From Botryllus schlosseri (lineage: Eukaryota), in the NCBI GenBank assembly GCA_051294905.1, contig CM119372.1:9736001-9800000 (forward strand): 64,000 bases of DNA, written 5' to 3'. Shown here piece after piece: positions 22,000-36,903 of the stretch. The number at the start of each line of letters is the position of its first letter. The first letter of the stretch is position 1. The notes under the pieces were generated by a model that was not told where the DNA came from, did no database searches, and worked only from the letters and a program-made list of their open reading frames with translations. Both the position numbers and the translations under genes were made by a program.

Positions 22000-24900
22000 T
22001 CATAAATCTGGTGAGCAATCGTCGTATGTATCATCCTTAATGGTTTGCATGATCCATTTTTGATACGAAGACACTTTGGCATAGACTCCTGCGTGGCCAG
22101 GAGATCCGCACAAACCAAATGAAAACGACGTGACTCCCGCAAGGTACCATTTACTTCCATTTTTGCAAGCGAGGGGACCTCCGGAATCTCCCTGCGTGAA
22201 AACGTAACTCGATTTACTTATGTATGCATCGGGTGATCGCCGAATACCTAAAGGTCCTAAAGTATAGTGAATAAATTATAGCCTATACTTACTGGACAGG
22301 TATCAGAAATATTGCCGGTTATCATTCCAGCGCACATATGTTGGTCTTCCCGTAAAAAGTCATTATACATTGGCCCCAGTCGACGACAGTCGTCAATGTC
22401 CACTGCGGGAATATTCGCTTCCAATAATTTGTCCGAAAATATTACAGAATCTGTAAAATAAATGAACGTTAACTTCTACATATTTCACATTTTCAGTTAT
22501 CGTTAGATCGCAAATTACTACCGCGTTTGCGAGATTCAATCACAATAGGATCAATGATAAGACATAAATGTGTGAGGGAGGGGGTTAGCGTAGTTGGTAC
22601 ATCCGCCACCACCACCAACGCTAGAGACCCGGTTCTAGTCTCGGTCGGAGCACGTTTCGATGTGTCGGGTGTTTTGGTGTCTTTATAATTAAGTTCAGAG
22701 AAGGGCCAGGTGAAGGGCGAATGAAAAGATGACGGAAGAGTGTCTATACAAAATATGACAGCCGAAATATATCAAGATGGAATACTGTTGTTAGATTTTA
22801 GCTTGTGAGACCGTTGGTCGCTATTTTAGATTGACAACAAAACTGCAACTACATAGTGTCAGGAACTATAAACATAAACACTATAAACACTTTATGATAT
22901 GTATGGGATTATATGTCCCTGAATTTTCACCTTAATCAAGGACTGACAGTTTTGGGAAGGCTTTTTAGCATGACTCCAATAGCATCACAACTTTATCATA
23001 CCATGAACCGAGACAATACTAATATTATGAATATCCTAAAGCTGTGGCTATACCTGCAGAATTCCCATACCAGAACACTAAGTCAGGACATAAGTCATGT
23101 TTGAAAATACCGGTATGCTCAAGTTTCGAAAATGCGTCACGTTGGCTCACGTACCCGTAGGCGCGTTTTATAGAATAAATTATATACCATAACTGCGTGT
23201 AGAATACCTGGATGTATTTGTCCCCACCCAGTCGCCACACATATTTCCCCTGGTGCAGGCTTCAGAATTCCAGGCATACAAATCGGCATCACCGTTTCTG
23301 ATATTTTCACAAACGAGGTCAATTTTATCAGTGTAATGTCATCTGTAACCGAAGCATTGATTTAGAAAAATAGCTACATGCTGTCACAAAAACAGCTTCA
23401 GCATTTATCAAATACGATGGGATTTATACTTTTGCTGTTTTCGTCATTGTCATTAAGCCTTTTCCGTGAACGAGGTGCCACTGAACCACAGCGGCTGTCT
23501 GGTGGGACATATCTATATAGTGGTGAAATCCACAGTTGCAACACCAATGGGTTGCAGGTTCGAGTCCGACCGATGTCGACTCCAGAATTCCTACCTATGA
23601 GTGTTGAAGGTTTATCTGGGCCCCTCCTCGCCATCTCATCCGTGTAAGCGATGTCTTATAAAAGCCTAGAAGTGGGCCGTGCTTTAAAAATGAAAAAAAT
23701 TGCCCTGGTGTAAATCACCATAGTACAGTCGACAAACACCATGCATACCACAAATAACTACAACCTATGTATTTAACCTATACGTTGGCTTGTACATATA
23801 AAAATAACAATAATGTGTAGATGCAGTCGCAAACTGACGGTAATACTTGTCACGGTGGTTTATTTCGTTATGGCTCACCCTTCGTCACCTCGAGCACTTT
23901 ACGGTGCACGTGCATTCATATGTGGAGTGACGCGATGGAGGTCGTCTGTTTTGATGTTGTTGTTGTACTGGTTTGCTGATATTTGTTATTCTATTATGTT
24001 GTCAGGGTTTCGAGAGATTTTTTAACGTCATCAAATAATAGATTCATCCATTTGGTGTTCTTGTTTGGTGTCAGTTGGGAAACAGAAGAAAGCCAGCTTA
24101 ATACAATCGTCGACATTTTTGGAGACGACAATACTTGTGTTTTATCAGGAATGTTTATTACAGAAGTCGAATTTTCCTTCTACATTTTACCTTTCGGGCA
24201 TTATTGGCCTATAGTTTTATGCCAGAAAAACGTGGAATTAAGAAAACTCTGGTTTGAGATAACTTTTATGAAAGGTTCACCGTAAAAACGAACTCCGGAT
24301 CTATCGGACTTCAACCAACTAGTTGAACATTTTGCTCCATGTTCGACTAGTTGAATTCTGGTTAATTTCTGCGCAAAAGAATCCTTATTCGCACCCAGTA
24401 TTTTGGGCTGCTCGGAGTCGATTCGAATCGAGTCGTATATCATAATACGTGAACAACAGATTCTCTGTCGACCGCGATACTGCCGCTATACTGCCATAGT
24501 ATTGTTGTATCTTTGAGTATTATTATATAAGGGAGGAGTAGCCTAAACTGTGACGACTATATTTATATACTCACTGTATACTCCAACATCAATTCTATAT
24601 TTGTCATGGTTGTATATCTTGTATATGTAGGTTCTTGTCGCAGAATTCGTGACGTCGTGGATTCCAAAAAGCATAGACCAGTTGTCGCGATTGGGCGCCA
24701 CAGTCTGAAGATTTTCGCTTACCATACCCCTCCTGACATATTAAACATTTTCAAAAGTACATATCTGTAAGCTACACCATACCCACTCACCCCTTGCCAT
24801 AACAGTGGGCCGCCGTAAGAACCCAGCGTGAATGAATTAGACTTGCTCCACATATATGCTTCCAAATTACCGATGCGTTCTTTCGTGCTTGCCAACTCCC

Positions 24901-27900
24901 TTGCCAAGGCCAAGCATGTGGCGAAGCTTCCTACAGGGAATATATTACTGAAGGAAATACATTCTGTACACCCTTTTAATCATATGTGTTTGTTCGGCCG
25001 TAGGCCTATACTTTCGATGGATGTAATCTGTTTATTGTGCTTGAAATTAGTACGCAGGCAGCTTTGTCACAGGAGTTATTATAGTCGCCCTACATGCTAT
25101 TTTAGGCACAGGACTGCCATTTTACATATTTTATGGAGGGGGAGGTTTTGGTGTGAAGAAGTGGATGGGGCACATTTGGCACAATTTAGCAGGGGCACAA
25201 ATCATCCGATGATATCCGAAGGCAGATTAAAAATCAAGGCCTATATATAAATTAACAAAAGAGTGCGCAGAAGTATGATCGTCACCAAAACTCCCTTAAA
25301 ACATCCATTGGAGGAGACTAAGGTTATTTACCACCCGCTACAATCAATGTGGATCGACAAGTTGGCAGCGATTTTCATACAAGTTTCATCATGATTTTCA
25401 AGGGGCTGTGCTGTCGCTATTTCTTCGTATTTTCCATCATTTTTCTTGGAAAATATACGTTTCATGCCCCTCCATCGTTTTGTGAAGTTCATCTGGATTT
25501 CTGGATTCGAAATATAGGCCTACATATGATTAAAATATGTTTTTTTTGGCCCATTGTGCCATACCTTTTCCTACATACAAGTCATACCCATTACCTTGCC
25601 GTTAACAATTTTAAGAAAGCTTCTCTTGAACGATTTCTGGGGTTTGGTCCCGCATTCCCACTTGATCTCGGTATCGTTCCCACCCTGTTCACATGGACGT
25701 GAATGACATTTGTGAAGCTGCAGCGATTCACCTTTACAAGCTGATAATATAGATTCAAGGTCAAATGTAACAGTTGGTCAAGTGTCAAAGTAGATACTGG
25801 CAATAAGGGCAAGTTTTTGCAACTTTTTACAGCTTCCGGCAGCTTCCTAGATTCTCACAAACTATGTACGATGATGTTTTAATCTGTTTGTAGGAATTCT
25901 ATAGTGCAACTTTTTTCTATTTTTCATGCAAATATTTACTGTAACTTTTATCAAATATTGAGCAAAATGTAGGGGCGTGATTTAAAAATCATGCTCTAAA
26001 CTATTTCTAGTATGGTTCTATTACACTGGTCAACGAAATGATTTTTTTGACAGAACATCAAAGAGCCGTTTCTGGGGTTTGCGAGGTTGCTGATTACAAA
26101 TATCACATTAGTTTTGCTGGATTCCCTCTTGTTCAGAAGATAATTATACCCCTAAAAACAAAATTATTGTATTTACCCGTGAATATTCAAGGCAATGGAA
26201 CCACCCCGAAATAGCCTTCGAAGTCTAAAAATCTGCATTGTTCTAAGCAATCGCAGTCACGCAAGGACCGTTGTTATGGTCATTAGGCTGCACCGTTGCG
26301 ATGGTTTAGAACAATGCCGATTTTCAGATTTTGAAGGCTATTTCGGGGTGGTTCCATCGCCTTGATGAAAGTTTAATGTATATTATCAGAATCAGCGCGA
26401 CTGCAGCTTTCAAATAAGATCAACTTCATTTAATTTGAGCGCTCGGGTCGTCATCTATGGGATTAGCAATTACGTTGCCGTTTCATGCTATGAAGCGACA
26501 ACAAATCTGCCGTTGTCGCATCACTCAACCGTGAATCACGTGTTGCACATCTATCCGTAGGTTAGTTATCTATAATCTCATACCCGTATAATTAAATTAA
26601 AAGAAATATATAAATGCAATGTTTTCCTGCAACTGCTGTTGCGATTTTGGTGCAACAAAAATTTGCCCTACTGATGATATTCGAGTCAAAGTAGAAGTAG
26701 AAACAGGATATCTGAAAAGTGCTCAAGTAAGTAGTTTGATGGGGGTGGATTCGGACGAGGTTTCGCAGACTGCTGTTCGTGAATCGTCGACGTCATCTTT
26801 AGAAATGACAAGAGACATCTTCTGGACTTAGGCCAAATTACTGAGCACGCTACAAGGTGGCGCAATTTCAAATTATTATTTTGTTACCGCGGTAGAGCTG
26901 CTACACTGCCCGTTTGTTATTACAATTTCTCCCGTAAAAGCGATGCAAATATATTGAAACACTAATTTATGCCTGAAAAAATCTAAAATGGAAATAGTTT
27001 CGTTTCAAAAACTCTTGAAGTAGAAGTCGAAGTTGTCTAGAAGCACAATCATTTGTGCAATTGGTGGAAGTATGGGAAAAACTTATGCTTGAACACTTCG
27101 TAAAAGGAGAAGTAGCCTACGTCGTTACTGACCACCTCTAGATGAAGTTAGATCCAGATTGAAAGTTATCAGAGGCGCGGTTACATCGATTTGTATGTGT
27201 TTTCTTATATCGACACTTTACAACGAAACTATTGCGGCACTCACTTGAACCGAAAATGCACTCTCGCGTTCGATTGGCGTAACCCGGCCCACAAGTAGAG
27301 TTGCAGCAGGACATATCTCTCCATTTTCCCCATATCGGACAACGCTGAACGTAAACGCATGCGTTAGTAATGAAATTAAAAATCTGAATTGATTATTAGG
27401 ATTGCACCCTTGCTCATATAAGAGTTTGAACCAGCATGTTGAATTTTAAGTATTTTACTTGATATAAATGAGTGGGTGTAGTGTATATATGTTCTAGCAT
27501 TTTGCACTATACCTTACACCGCCAATGGCTTGTACAATGTGGTCTGACAACACAGTATTTCCTGTCATTGAATTCGGCTGTATATGGTACACAATAGAGG
27601 TCGCAGAGGATAAAGTGAAACGTATAGCTTATCCCTGCCGTGTCCACACCGTGTGTGCCATATAGCACCTATTCAACAATCAACTGAATCGAGAAATTTT
27701 CATCTAGCCGAAACATGATTTAAAGACTTATTATTATTAATATTAATATATTCCTAATGCATAATTATGATATAACGACGACAGTATCGCTTATCGCCTG
27801 TTCAGGGGCTGTGCTTTAGGTCTGATGGACGACTCTTTATGCTCGCTAACTCGCCCGCCATTCATTCACTCCCCGCTTCTGGATATCTGCTGCCGACTTT

Positions 27901-30900
27901 GGAGCTCGACCCACTCTTCCTGCGTGCACCTTTAAGACGCTGTGTTTACAATGGGATCGGCTACGAGGGGCCAGGATAAACCTACGACTCATAGAAACTT
28001 GGCAGAATCGACACTAGAACTAGCACCCATTGGAGTCGCTGTACAGTGCACCACTGGCGATTGATACATACCAACACAGCACCAAGTGTCATTGGCATAG
28101 TGAAACAGATATCGAAAGAGAATAATGGGTACCACCGGGTAAACGATACAAACAGAGCGAGCACACTTCGAAATAAGGACCTGGCACATTTGAATCGTAC
28201 CTGCCGATTGCATCCTAATATTTGTAAGTGTCTACCAAAGCAATGGTTAGTAAGGCATGTCCTTTGGCGTGATGTGAAACCCCGTCCGCACGATCTGGTA
28301 CAGGGTGTAAAATCCGACCAGTTTGCCCAGGTACCGACATCTTCGCACGCCTGAGAGAAGCAAAAATAATTTCAACGATGACGTGACGTCACATCGTGAT
28401 GCAACCATGTAGTTCATGTGGAGCGACAATCCCCAAATTGATTAAAGGAACACCTTTCGCCCCCTTCTATAGGTCGGTCGTGCTACTCCCTTGGGCCATT
28501 AACCAAAATTTGCTGTAATTAAAAATCCATATTGGAGTCGACTTATCAACATATTCTGTGTTGTCATTCAAGAGGTCAAACGAAGCCTATATATGACCCA
28601 AATAGGCCTATGGAATGTAAGCGTTTGACACGTAATTATATATAGACCATTTGCAAAATTCTAAAAGAACCGGTGCAGTTAACATGTCAAAGGATATCCG
28701 TTTGATCGTTATCGCAGACTTGCACTCTTGTATACCAACTAAGCAATTTACCGGCAAATAACAGGTCACTACATCTTCGTTTTCGCCTTCGCAAACATCG
28801 TACGGTGGAAGATCTGAATAGATATTGCACGTCCTTGCTCGTCTTTTCTGACCTCTGCCACAAGGTACTGAGCATTCGGTAATTGTAGTCCACTCCCCCC
28901 AACATGGAGGCGGGTAGCATTTCATATATTGTTTATCGCTCCCGGTGGAGCACGGTTCTAAAAGAACATCATAGTTTTAGAATTAGATGCGGATGTCGAT
29001 TGATTGCGCAATCCGGCAGTGTGTTGATCTCACAGGATTATAGTTACCTTTAGAAATAGGCCTATGCGTAACACGTAATGACATTCTTTTTAGTTTAGAT
29101 GGCGTAAGCTCATTATCAATACGGCTCCTACTTGTCTAACCACAGCCTGCGGAATGTTAAAAACTCTTTATGCCATTTATTAAGGTATACCGCGCATTAT
29201 AGATGACCTTCTTTGTTATTTTTTATGCACTGCCTCTCCCTTCTTTTTATTCCAGGTATACATCTTCTGTGGCAACTTGACCATTCCCCCCATAATGCCC
29301 AGTAGGAACAAGGCACACCCGAGTTGCATTGTAACAGCTCTTCGTATCCCTCGTTGGGCTTCAAGCACAAGTCTCGATGAACCATTTCTGCAAATTAGAT
29401 TTGAATTAATGGGAAGGCGGAATCGTAATTTACAAATGCACCAGCCTTTAGCAAAGTCTTCTGTGGGGATTGTGGCATTGTCCGTTTCCGGATTCGGCTC
29501 CGACGTAAAAGTGTCCGCATTTATCTAGTAATAAGATGAATTACGTACGTCTACGAATAATGTGAGACTCTCATCACCAAATGTCGATCGGAAATTCTCT
29601 GTCATATATCACTGAATCTTTCGTCATTATGTTATACACGTCGGATTGAAATTGTTTCAAATGGTTGCATAATATTAGTTAATTGAACTTGGAATTGTGA
29701 TTAATCGTACACAGTAAAAACGTTTATGTCATTTAGTAGTCGCTTGAAAAACGAATTTTCATCCATTCGCGAACATCTGAAGAAGCCGAATTCAGGATCT
29801 AGTGAGGTATATTCACTGAGTTTTGAAGGGATTAAGATTGAAATAATTCTATAAAACCTTTCAAGGGTAAGGAGCTATAACAATATAGGCTTTATGAATT
29901 ACCATATCAGCTACTACCATGCGTTCAAATCAGACATAGCTTATAGTATATTTTAATTAGTCATAGCATTTACCGATATCATACCAACCGATACTATGAG
30001 AAGTTGGGGATGTAACAGGAATACTTACCTCTTCGGTTTGCATTTCATCCTGAACAAGTAATTCATCTAGGATAGAACATAAACTCTATAATCGTTTTCA
30101 ATCAAACTATATTATCGAACGTATACTAACCTGTATTTGCGGTGGAGTGAAATCTGGAAAAACGAATTGGATATTTTCATCATCATCGATATAAATCGTT
30201 ACGGACAATGCGAAGCTTGGAAGTTATTTACGGTACGTCACCTTAAATTGAGTATGAAATAAACAGTCACATATACAAAAACTACACTAATGCGCATAGC
30301 GAAATTCATTAATGACAATTCTGTTTATATGGCATATTTTTGTTTAGTGAATCAATCCCGCGGTTTCGCTCGGTTAGCATTTATTTCTGTATTGAATCAG
30401 CGACAGGCGATACGAATGTCAGTTTGCAGCCGCTGTGCCAAACTGCAGGAATTATAAGAATATGCCGGACAGTCCGACACTTTCAATCTGTTATTCCGAC
30501 ACTTTCAGAATATCGGCCACCAACATTGCCACAGTTCGCATGAAAGCATTTTCCATTTTGCGATATTATGGCGTCATTATGGTTCGCTTGGTTACGATGT
30601 AGCAATGACCTCGCGAGTCGCGACAATGTAAAATAAGTTTCAACTTACATTCGAATTTTAATTGTGACACCACTCCGGTTACGAAATATCTCTATATGTA
30701 TTGATATGAGTTTCAATATTTACATAGCCACTAATGCAATGTCACGTTAAAGGCATACAGAGCTGTTGTCGATAAGTTTACTAATGGTAATTTCAATTAC
30801 AGCCCGTTAGTCAGAACGAACTCGGATTGTGGAGGTCGCTGAAACATTATTGTTATGTTCACGAGAAATTTTGGTGTAAATCAAACGTATGAACGATTTT

Positions 30901-33848
30901 CTATCACTAATATTGTTCAGATGAGGACGTTGACTCATGTTCTGTACATTGATATATTTCAAACTCAAAACAGCATTGAAAAAAAAAGAACGAAAAAGCA
31001 TACCGATACCATGGATTCCAAAAATGCATGTAGGAAGACACGCAGATCTTTATTATGAACACTACGTACGTCATAAGAAATTTGAAATTTCCCTTAGTTA
31101 CCTCCTTACCTGTATATTACGCAATTTCTTTTGCGAATGATGAACCCTCCCCCACAGCTTTGTGAGCACGCACTCCACATTTCCCATGCGTCCCATATCG
31201 GACAACTTGCTTGATGCTGACATTTCCTCCGCTCCACGTCATTGCATGTATCATCCTCAATCGCCACATCCGATCTCCCGCCCGACAAGCAAGATCTTAC
31301 TCTGGTTTGAGAACCTGCCCCGCAAGTGACATCGCACGCGCTCCAACTTGTCCATTCACTCCGTCTGTATATAAAATACAAGCGTTGTAGACACGAGTAA
31401 TTAGGAATAAGAATTGCCGTCCTACAAACCTTGTCGCATTGGAGTGTACGCAACCGTCAGCGTAGCACGTTTTCTCCTGCACCATATTTTCTGTACGAAA
31501 CGCAGATACGTAATAGAAGCGTTGGCGAGTATAATAATTGTAATTGTGACTGTGTGAGATATATTTTACCGAATTCACATCGACTTTCGCCCGATTCGGA
31601 CACGTTTTCTGGACGACACGACTTCATTCTCCTCCGTATTCCTTCTTCGCAGTTGTCTGATGAACATTCTGACCATTCTCCCCATTCCGAACCGACGGAT
31701 GGATCAGTTATCTAACGGTGTTGAATTGGTAATATTTCGTAAGTGTGAACTCAGAGCTGGTCAAATTATTCAACGCTGTAACTACTCAAGTACCGGTTGC
31801 TGACAATTACCCATGACGAGTGCCATCCGGAAATATTCGGGTTCATTTCAATATGAATATATTGTTGTCGTTGTTTGTAGTATTCATGGTGTTTGTCGAC
31901 TACTATGGTCATTCACACCAGGCCAATTTTCATCATTTTTATTCCGTAGCCGCCGACTTGCAGCACGGCCCAATTCTAACATCGCTTATTTATACACGGA
32001 TGAGACGGCGATAGATAGATAGATAGACCGCCAACACGTACGTAGGAATTATGGAGTCGACCTCGGTCGGACTCGAACCCGCATCCTATTGGTGTTGCAG
32101 CTGTGGTTATACCACTACGCTATCTATGTTATTCAATTGTATATTGAAGTTCCAAGAAGCCTTTCAAACTCTAGTAAAAGTAGGAGCGCCTAACATGTTT
32201 ACTCAATTACAAGTAGAAGTAGCAATTTCAAAGACATGTTCCAACTACTTCAAGTAGAGGTCTAATATGTGGACCTTAAAATTACTGTAGTAAGTTGTTT
32301 AAAGAATTGTTTTTTTCGATGATTCGCTTGTTTATCAGTTAATCGGAGGCGGCCCTTTTCGAAGTGGCAAGATGCATTTTCGCCATGACGCAAAATGACC
32401 AATGACACTACATATTATCGAAAATATATTCAGTTGTCGTGATACTAGGGCCCTTTCGCCCAGTTGTCAAGACAATTTCCCCCCAAACAATGATTCAAAC
32501 ATATCCCAAACTACTTTCTACTTCATAAACTCCAAAGTGGAAAAATAAAGTAGATTTGCCAAAAACAAACTGTTGCAGAAGTAGAAGTGGAAATAATCTA
32601 GAAACACAACCACATGAGTAAGTAATACAAGTAGGCAAAACCTACTCGAGTACTCCGAAAAAGTATAACTATACTCCGTTACTGACCGCACCTCTCTGTG
32701 TGCAAGTGTTGCTGCGGTTTCGCGACCATATCAATTTAAATATGTTACCTCCTGGTCAGATACCGCTCGCCGTACTCGATGGGATTGTGTTCCTCCGTAA
32801 ACATCTGAAATAAGATTACAGCGTCGCGAGGGATTTGATTTGACTTGACGGCACAGCGCTATTAGAATTCCTGCCTGCGCGGTGGAATGCCGGTTCCGAC
32901 TGTCGAGAAAGTGATCGAGCCGTGACCTTGCGTAACTTTAGAAACCCGCATCGCAACTGATATTAACCGAACAAGTGATTCTATCCGCCACGCGTGTATC
33001 ACGGTTTAATTGCATATTGCTACAAATAATTACGGACCGCGCGCTCACGACCATTGAGCGGAATCACGAAAATACGGACACTCGAGTGGTGGCATTGAAG
33101 ATGGCATGTCGGTAATTGCGATTTGACCGATACTTGAAAAATTACCGTGCTATTTGTTTCTGCCTTGGATTAGGCTGGTATTTCCGAGCTAAAGTATGCT
33201 ACTTCTAAGAATTAGCGGTGATCCTTTCTGCTTTACCGACAATTATATTATTCGAAAGAAATATATTTGAAAACAAAACTTTCGATCGATCACATTGAAA
33301 GAAACAATTTCGCGGTTCGTAATATTTCCTTTCCGTCGCGCGTGTTGCGAAGTCCGTATTGCATCTGCGTCCGAGTATTTACAGGCGGTGACACGCTCTT
33401 CCCTCGCGGTTTGAAGTGGCAGTGCGCAGCGTGTGTGTGTGTAGGAATTTGAGTAGCGCAAAAAGCGTCATTCAATATCTCCTGAGGTTTGAAGGATTTC
33501 GAGGTACGGTATGCCCCTACCTTCTTGTGTCTCTTTTTGGTGGAGCGATTTAGGAATGGGTTGCAGTGTCTTTTTACGTCCCGATTCTTCTAAGAAATCG
33601 CTCAGCAGACCCCCTTGGTATGCGGGCAATTTTTTGATGTCTTCGCCAACCAGCGAGATTTCATCCGTTCGCAGACTTTCTAAGTGTTTCCCAGTCTCGT
33701 TCGACCCGAACAATGAAGTATTGGATGGATCCTCGTTCATTCTTCCCGACGTCACTGACAATTCCTCCGATCTCAGGGAAACGAAGGCGCAGAAACCCAA
33801 ATTCTGCCAAGACGTGATTAGCAGCAACGCATAATTGAAATAGTTCAT
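22000..33848 (-). CDS. Secreted modular serine protease: about 7 thrombospondin type-1 repeats + trypsin-like S1 domain
   Basis: Signal/pro exon 33521-33848; RVRR exon 32749-32804; TSP1 exons (WxxWxxC..C...R.R.C) between 27245 and 31711; CG...K|IVNG at 25595-25740; TAAHC at 24791-24930; exon 24575-24732; NDITLIKL at 23208-23342; DTCP at 22293-22450; GDSGGPL...GVYAKV to the stop at 22000-22191. Protease exons are phase-consistent; two TSP1-region donors are uncertain. Confidence 0.9.
23500..23762 (+). mobile_element. tRNA-derived SINE family 2
   Basis: B-box GGTTCGAGTCC; homologous to 56715-56987. Confidence 0.75.
26188..26365. repeat. About 178-bp palindromic MITE, next to a CACTGGTCAAC-family end at 26023-26187
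   Basis: CAAGGCAATGGAACCACCCCGAAATAGCCTTC...GAAGGCTATTTCGGGGTGGTTCCATCGCCTTG. Confidence 0.75.
27775..28010 (-). mobile_element. SINE family 2 variant with an alternative 3' part
   Basis: Reverse complement matches 63690-63935 (GTCGAGCTCCA.AGTCGGCAGCAGA...CCTGAACAGGCG.TAAGCG). Confidence 0.7.
31861..32125 (-). mobile_element. tRNA-derived SINE family 2, inserted in a hairpin MITE
   Basis: A-box TAGCGTAGTGG, B-box GGTTCGAGTCC and a (CAA)n-like tail on the minus strand. Confidence 0.75.
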
Positions 33849-36080
33849 TTTGTATTTTCCCGGCGAAGTTCTTCAGTGAAAGATCAGCGACACTAAACGT
33901 CTTCTCCAAACTAACGGCGATTACTAATTTATTAGTCTATATATAGAAAAGAAATATGAGAGTATAAGATCCGTTATGACTTCCGAACCCGGCATACGGT
34001 CATGAACAAAAGCCATTTCTTAGACAACGGAGTCCGATCGATCAATCCTTACATTCAAGTGAGCTTCCCGGTAAGCGAAAGCGGTGAACTCGTAAAACTC
34101 CGGCGGTCTATGAGAAAGATAACATTGAGACAGATCTTTAGATCGAGTCACGAATGCCTCAGGCACGCGCGAATGAATTAGACACCAGAACACTGATAAG
34201 GCTTGATACGCGGTATCTTATCATTGCCGATATCGGAGGTAACGCATATACAGTTTACAAAATTTGTGTCCACCATCCGCGCGGATGTAAACAATATCAG
34301 CGAATAACAACCGCCAGTTGAAATGCGACATGTGACGCAACGATGAGACGCGTGATTGTGGTTTTATAAAACCTCCGATAGCATCGTTAAGGTAATCGAC
34401 TTATTAGACTTGGCAAATGAATCGCACGAGTTGCATGTCAAGGCCTTCTTGACTTCGCAGAATTACATCAACTTCAAAATATCACCCACACACGTACATA
34501 CTTATGCTGTTGGCTGACACATAGGCTACATTGATGTGCGGGTGTAATTCTATGTTTTACACATACCGACGCGAACAAGGTAGAGTTCTGTTCGATATAA
34601 TGGATCTGGATAAGATAGATCATTCGAGTTAGTACTCCGAGTCTCCGAAAACGAAATTCCAACAACATGGCACCGTGTCAATATCCAGAGTTCGGAGATG
34701 TAGAGGAGGAGGGGTCCAATAGCTTTTTAACCCCCCAAAACCGACGAGGGAAAGCACATTTTTGATAGATCATTATTCCAATCGAACGGAATCCGTCCTA
34801 TTTCTGCTATCTATATAAAGTCTATCGTAATGATGTTAATTCGTCGGGTGGGTGAGGGTGAATGGATTGGAAACGGGCTTATGACTCGGTTGATAATATC
34901 TGCTGTTATAGTGCTAATGGTGCATGAGTGCGCTCGATTTTAGGGAGGCCTGCATAGTACGTGCAGGTTTATTTATGGTCTTCATAGGTATATTGAATGC
35001 TTACGCAGTTATAGAAAAGTCTGGAACGAACGGGAGCCGATATGTATGATAATGAAACGTTGCTAATTCGCAAAAAATGTAAAGAGTGACTATTTGACTA
35101 AATTCAATATCGGAAATCGAGAAATCTTACGTTGGTATGTTACGCGTGGGAGGACGATGAGGAGAAATATTCGCGGCGCACATATCAATGCAACGAAACT
35201 ATATATTTGGAAAGAAGCGGAGTGCCGATTGTGATTGCAATTATAAGCTGTATAGAGCTGACATAATCGATTTACTATCCCATCCGAGGTTTGATATATT
35301 GATTAATACTGTAGCTTTTAAAATTTGTGGGATTACGTGACCGCGCCCGTGATTATTGTTGTTTGCACAATGTACAGTCTGCCTGATTAGAGTATATAGT
35401 TATGAATGAAACGTAGCCCGAAGTCGTCATCAAATGAGTTACGTAATGCCGCGTAAACCGCAACCAAATCCGCAACATGTGGCTGTTGTAAACTCAACAA
35501 GTGATCTATTTAGTCCGGTTTATGTCGCGTATAACTATATGCCACTATAATAAACCGTTCTTACGTGTCTATATCCCAAGCAAAACAAATATATTATATT
35601 TACGTGCGATTAACGCACTGAAAGTCATGTTAAAATTAGAAAGTCTCTGCATTAAGTTGAAGATACGCGAGAGATCAATGTACATTGTACAGTTCAAAGA
35701 TTGCTTTCAATTAATATATGATGCGAAATAAGAATGGGGCGAAACCTAACTGACGCGAGGTCGCGCTTGCGAAGGAGACGATAAAGACTCTCAAGATCGT
35801 TGAATACGAGTTGGGTAAGTAGTACGTGCTGGCCTACCCCTACACGGAACCACTGGGATTGTCTAAGGGAGCCCCTAGTGTTCCATGGAACACCGGTTTT
35901 CCAAACATTGCTCTAGTAATAATTGTCAGATCTCTCTTGTTCAGCCCGCATGTAGGTTACAATCGTGCAATGTGCATGCACCTTTCATATATGTCCGTAA
36001 CACTACAGTTCTGTATTTTGGGTTTGAATATTTGCTTAATGTATTTAGCCTGATAAATGTGTCATTTTGTCTATATAGAG

Positions 36081-36758
36081 CAGAGGTCTCAAACACTTGG
36101 CCCGCGAGAACATTTTGTGCGGCCCGCGACGGCATTTTCGATTTTCAAATATTCGACAATATATTCAACTGCGACATATCTTTTTTTAGATTTGAGAACT
36201 TCAAGCTCACTCTAAAACTACTTCTAAAACATGAAAGCACAAAGGGCAAGGTCGCTATAAACACTGCTATTACTATAACGCAATAATTATTAGAAGTTTT
36301 CATTTATCTGTTCCAATCGAAGGCAAATCTAACGCTGATTTAATTTGACTTTGGAAACGACAGGAATAAAAGCCTACTTATCAGGACTATAATACCATAG
36401 AGCCAGATTGAGAAGCACAGTTCGAATGTTCCAATTTCAGATAAATCTTTAATAAATTCTAAAATATTCTACCTGTAATTGCGGCACGTCACATGTCCAT
36501 TTAGCTGCAATATTAAAACGCGACAGATTATACGTTGTCATGCGGCATTTGTCCTCTCGCATGGTATCTGTAACTCACTATTTTGACGAATTATGCCCAG
36601 CACAAAAATAATTTTACTCAAATATTTGAAGGTCCCTTTAAATAAGGCCTATTTGGAAATTATACATTGAATACCCCTGTTATTGATGCTATGTGAACCG
36701 GGGCTTCATCAAAAACTAGTAAATTGGCCCGCAAGCACATTTGAGTTTGACACCTCTG
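36081..36758. mobile_element. hAT (Charlie-like) MITE
   Basis: TIR CAGAGGTCTCAAAC...GTTTGACACCTCTG, GGCCCGC subterminal motifs, degenerate 8-bp TSD. Confidence 0.75.
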
Positions 36759-36903
36759 GTATACAGCAAGGTTTCTCAAACTGGGGTATATAGTTTTTGG
36801 TGGTCCGTGAAGGGGCAATGCTTCATCATGAAATTATAAAAACTGATTATCCATTGAGAATGATGTCGTCACTGGGACTGTGATAATCTTTTCTAGTCAT
36901 CAG

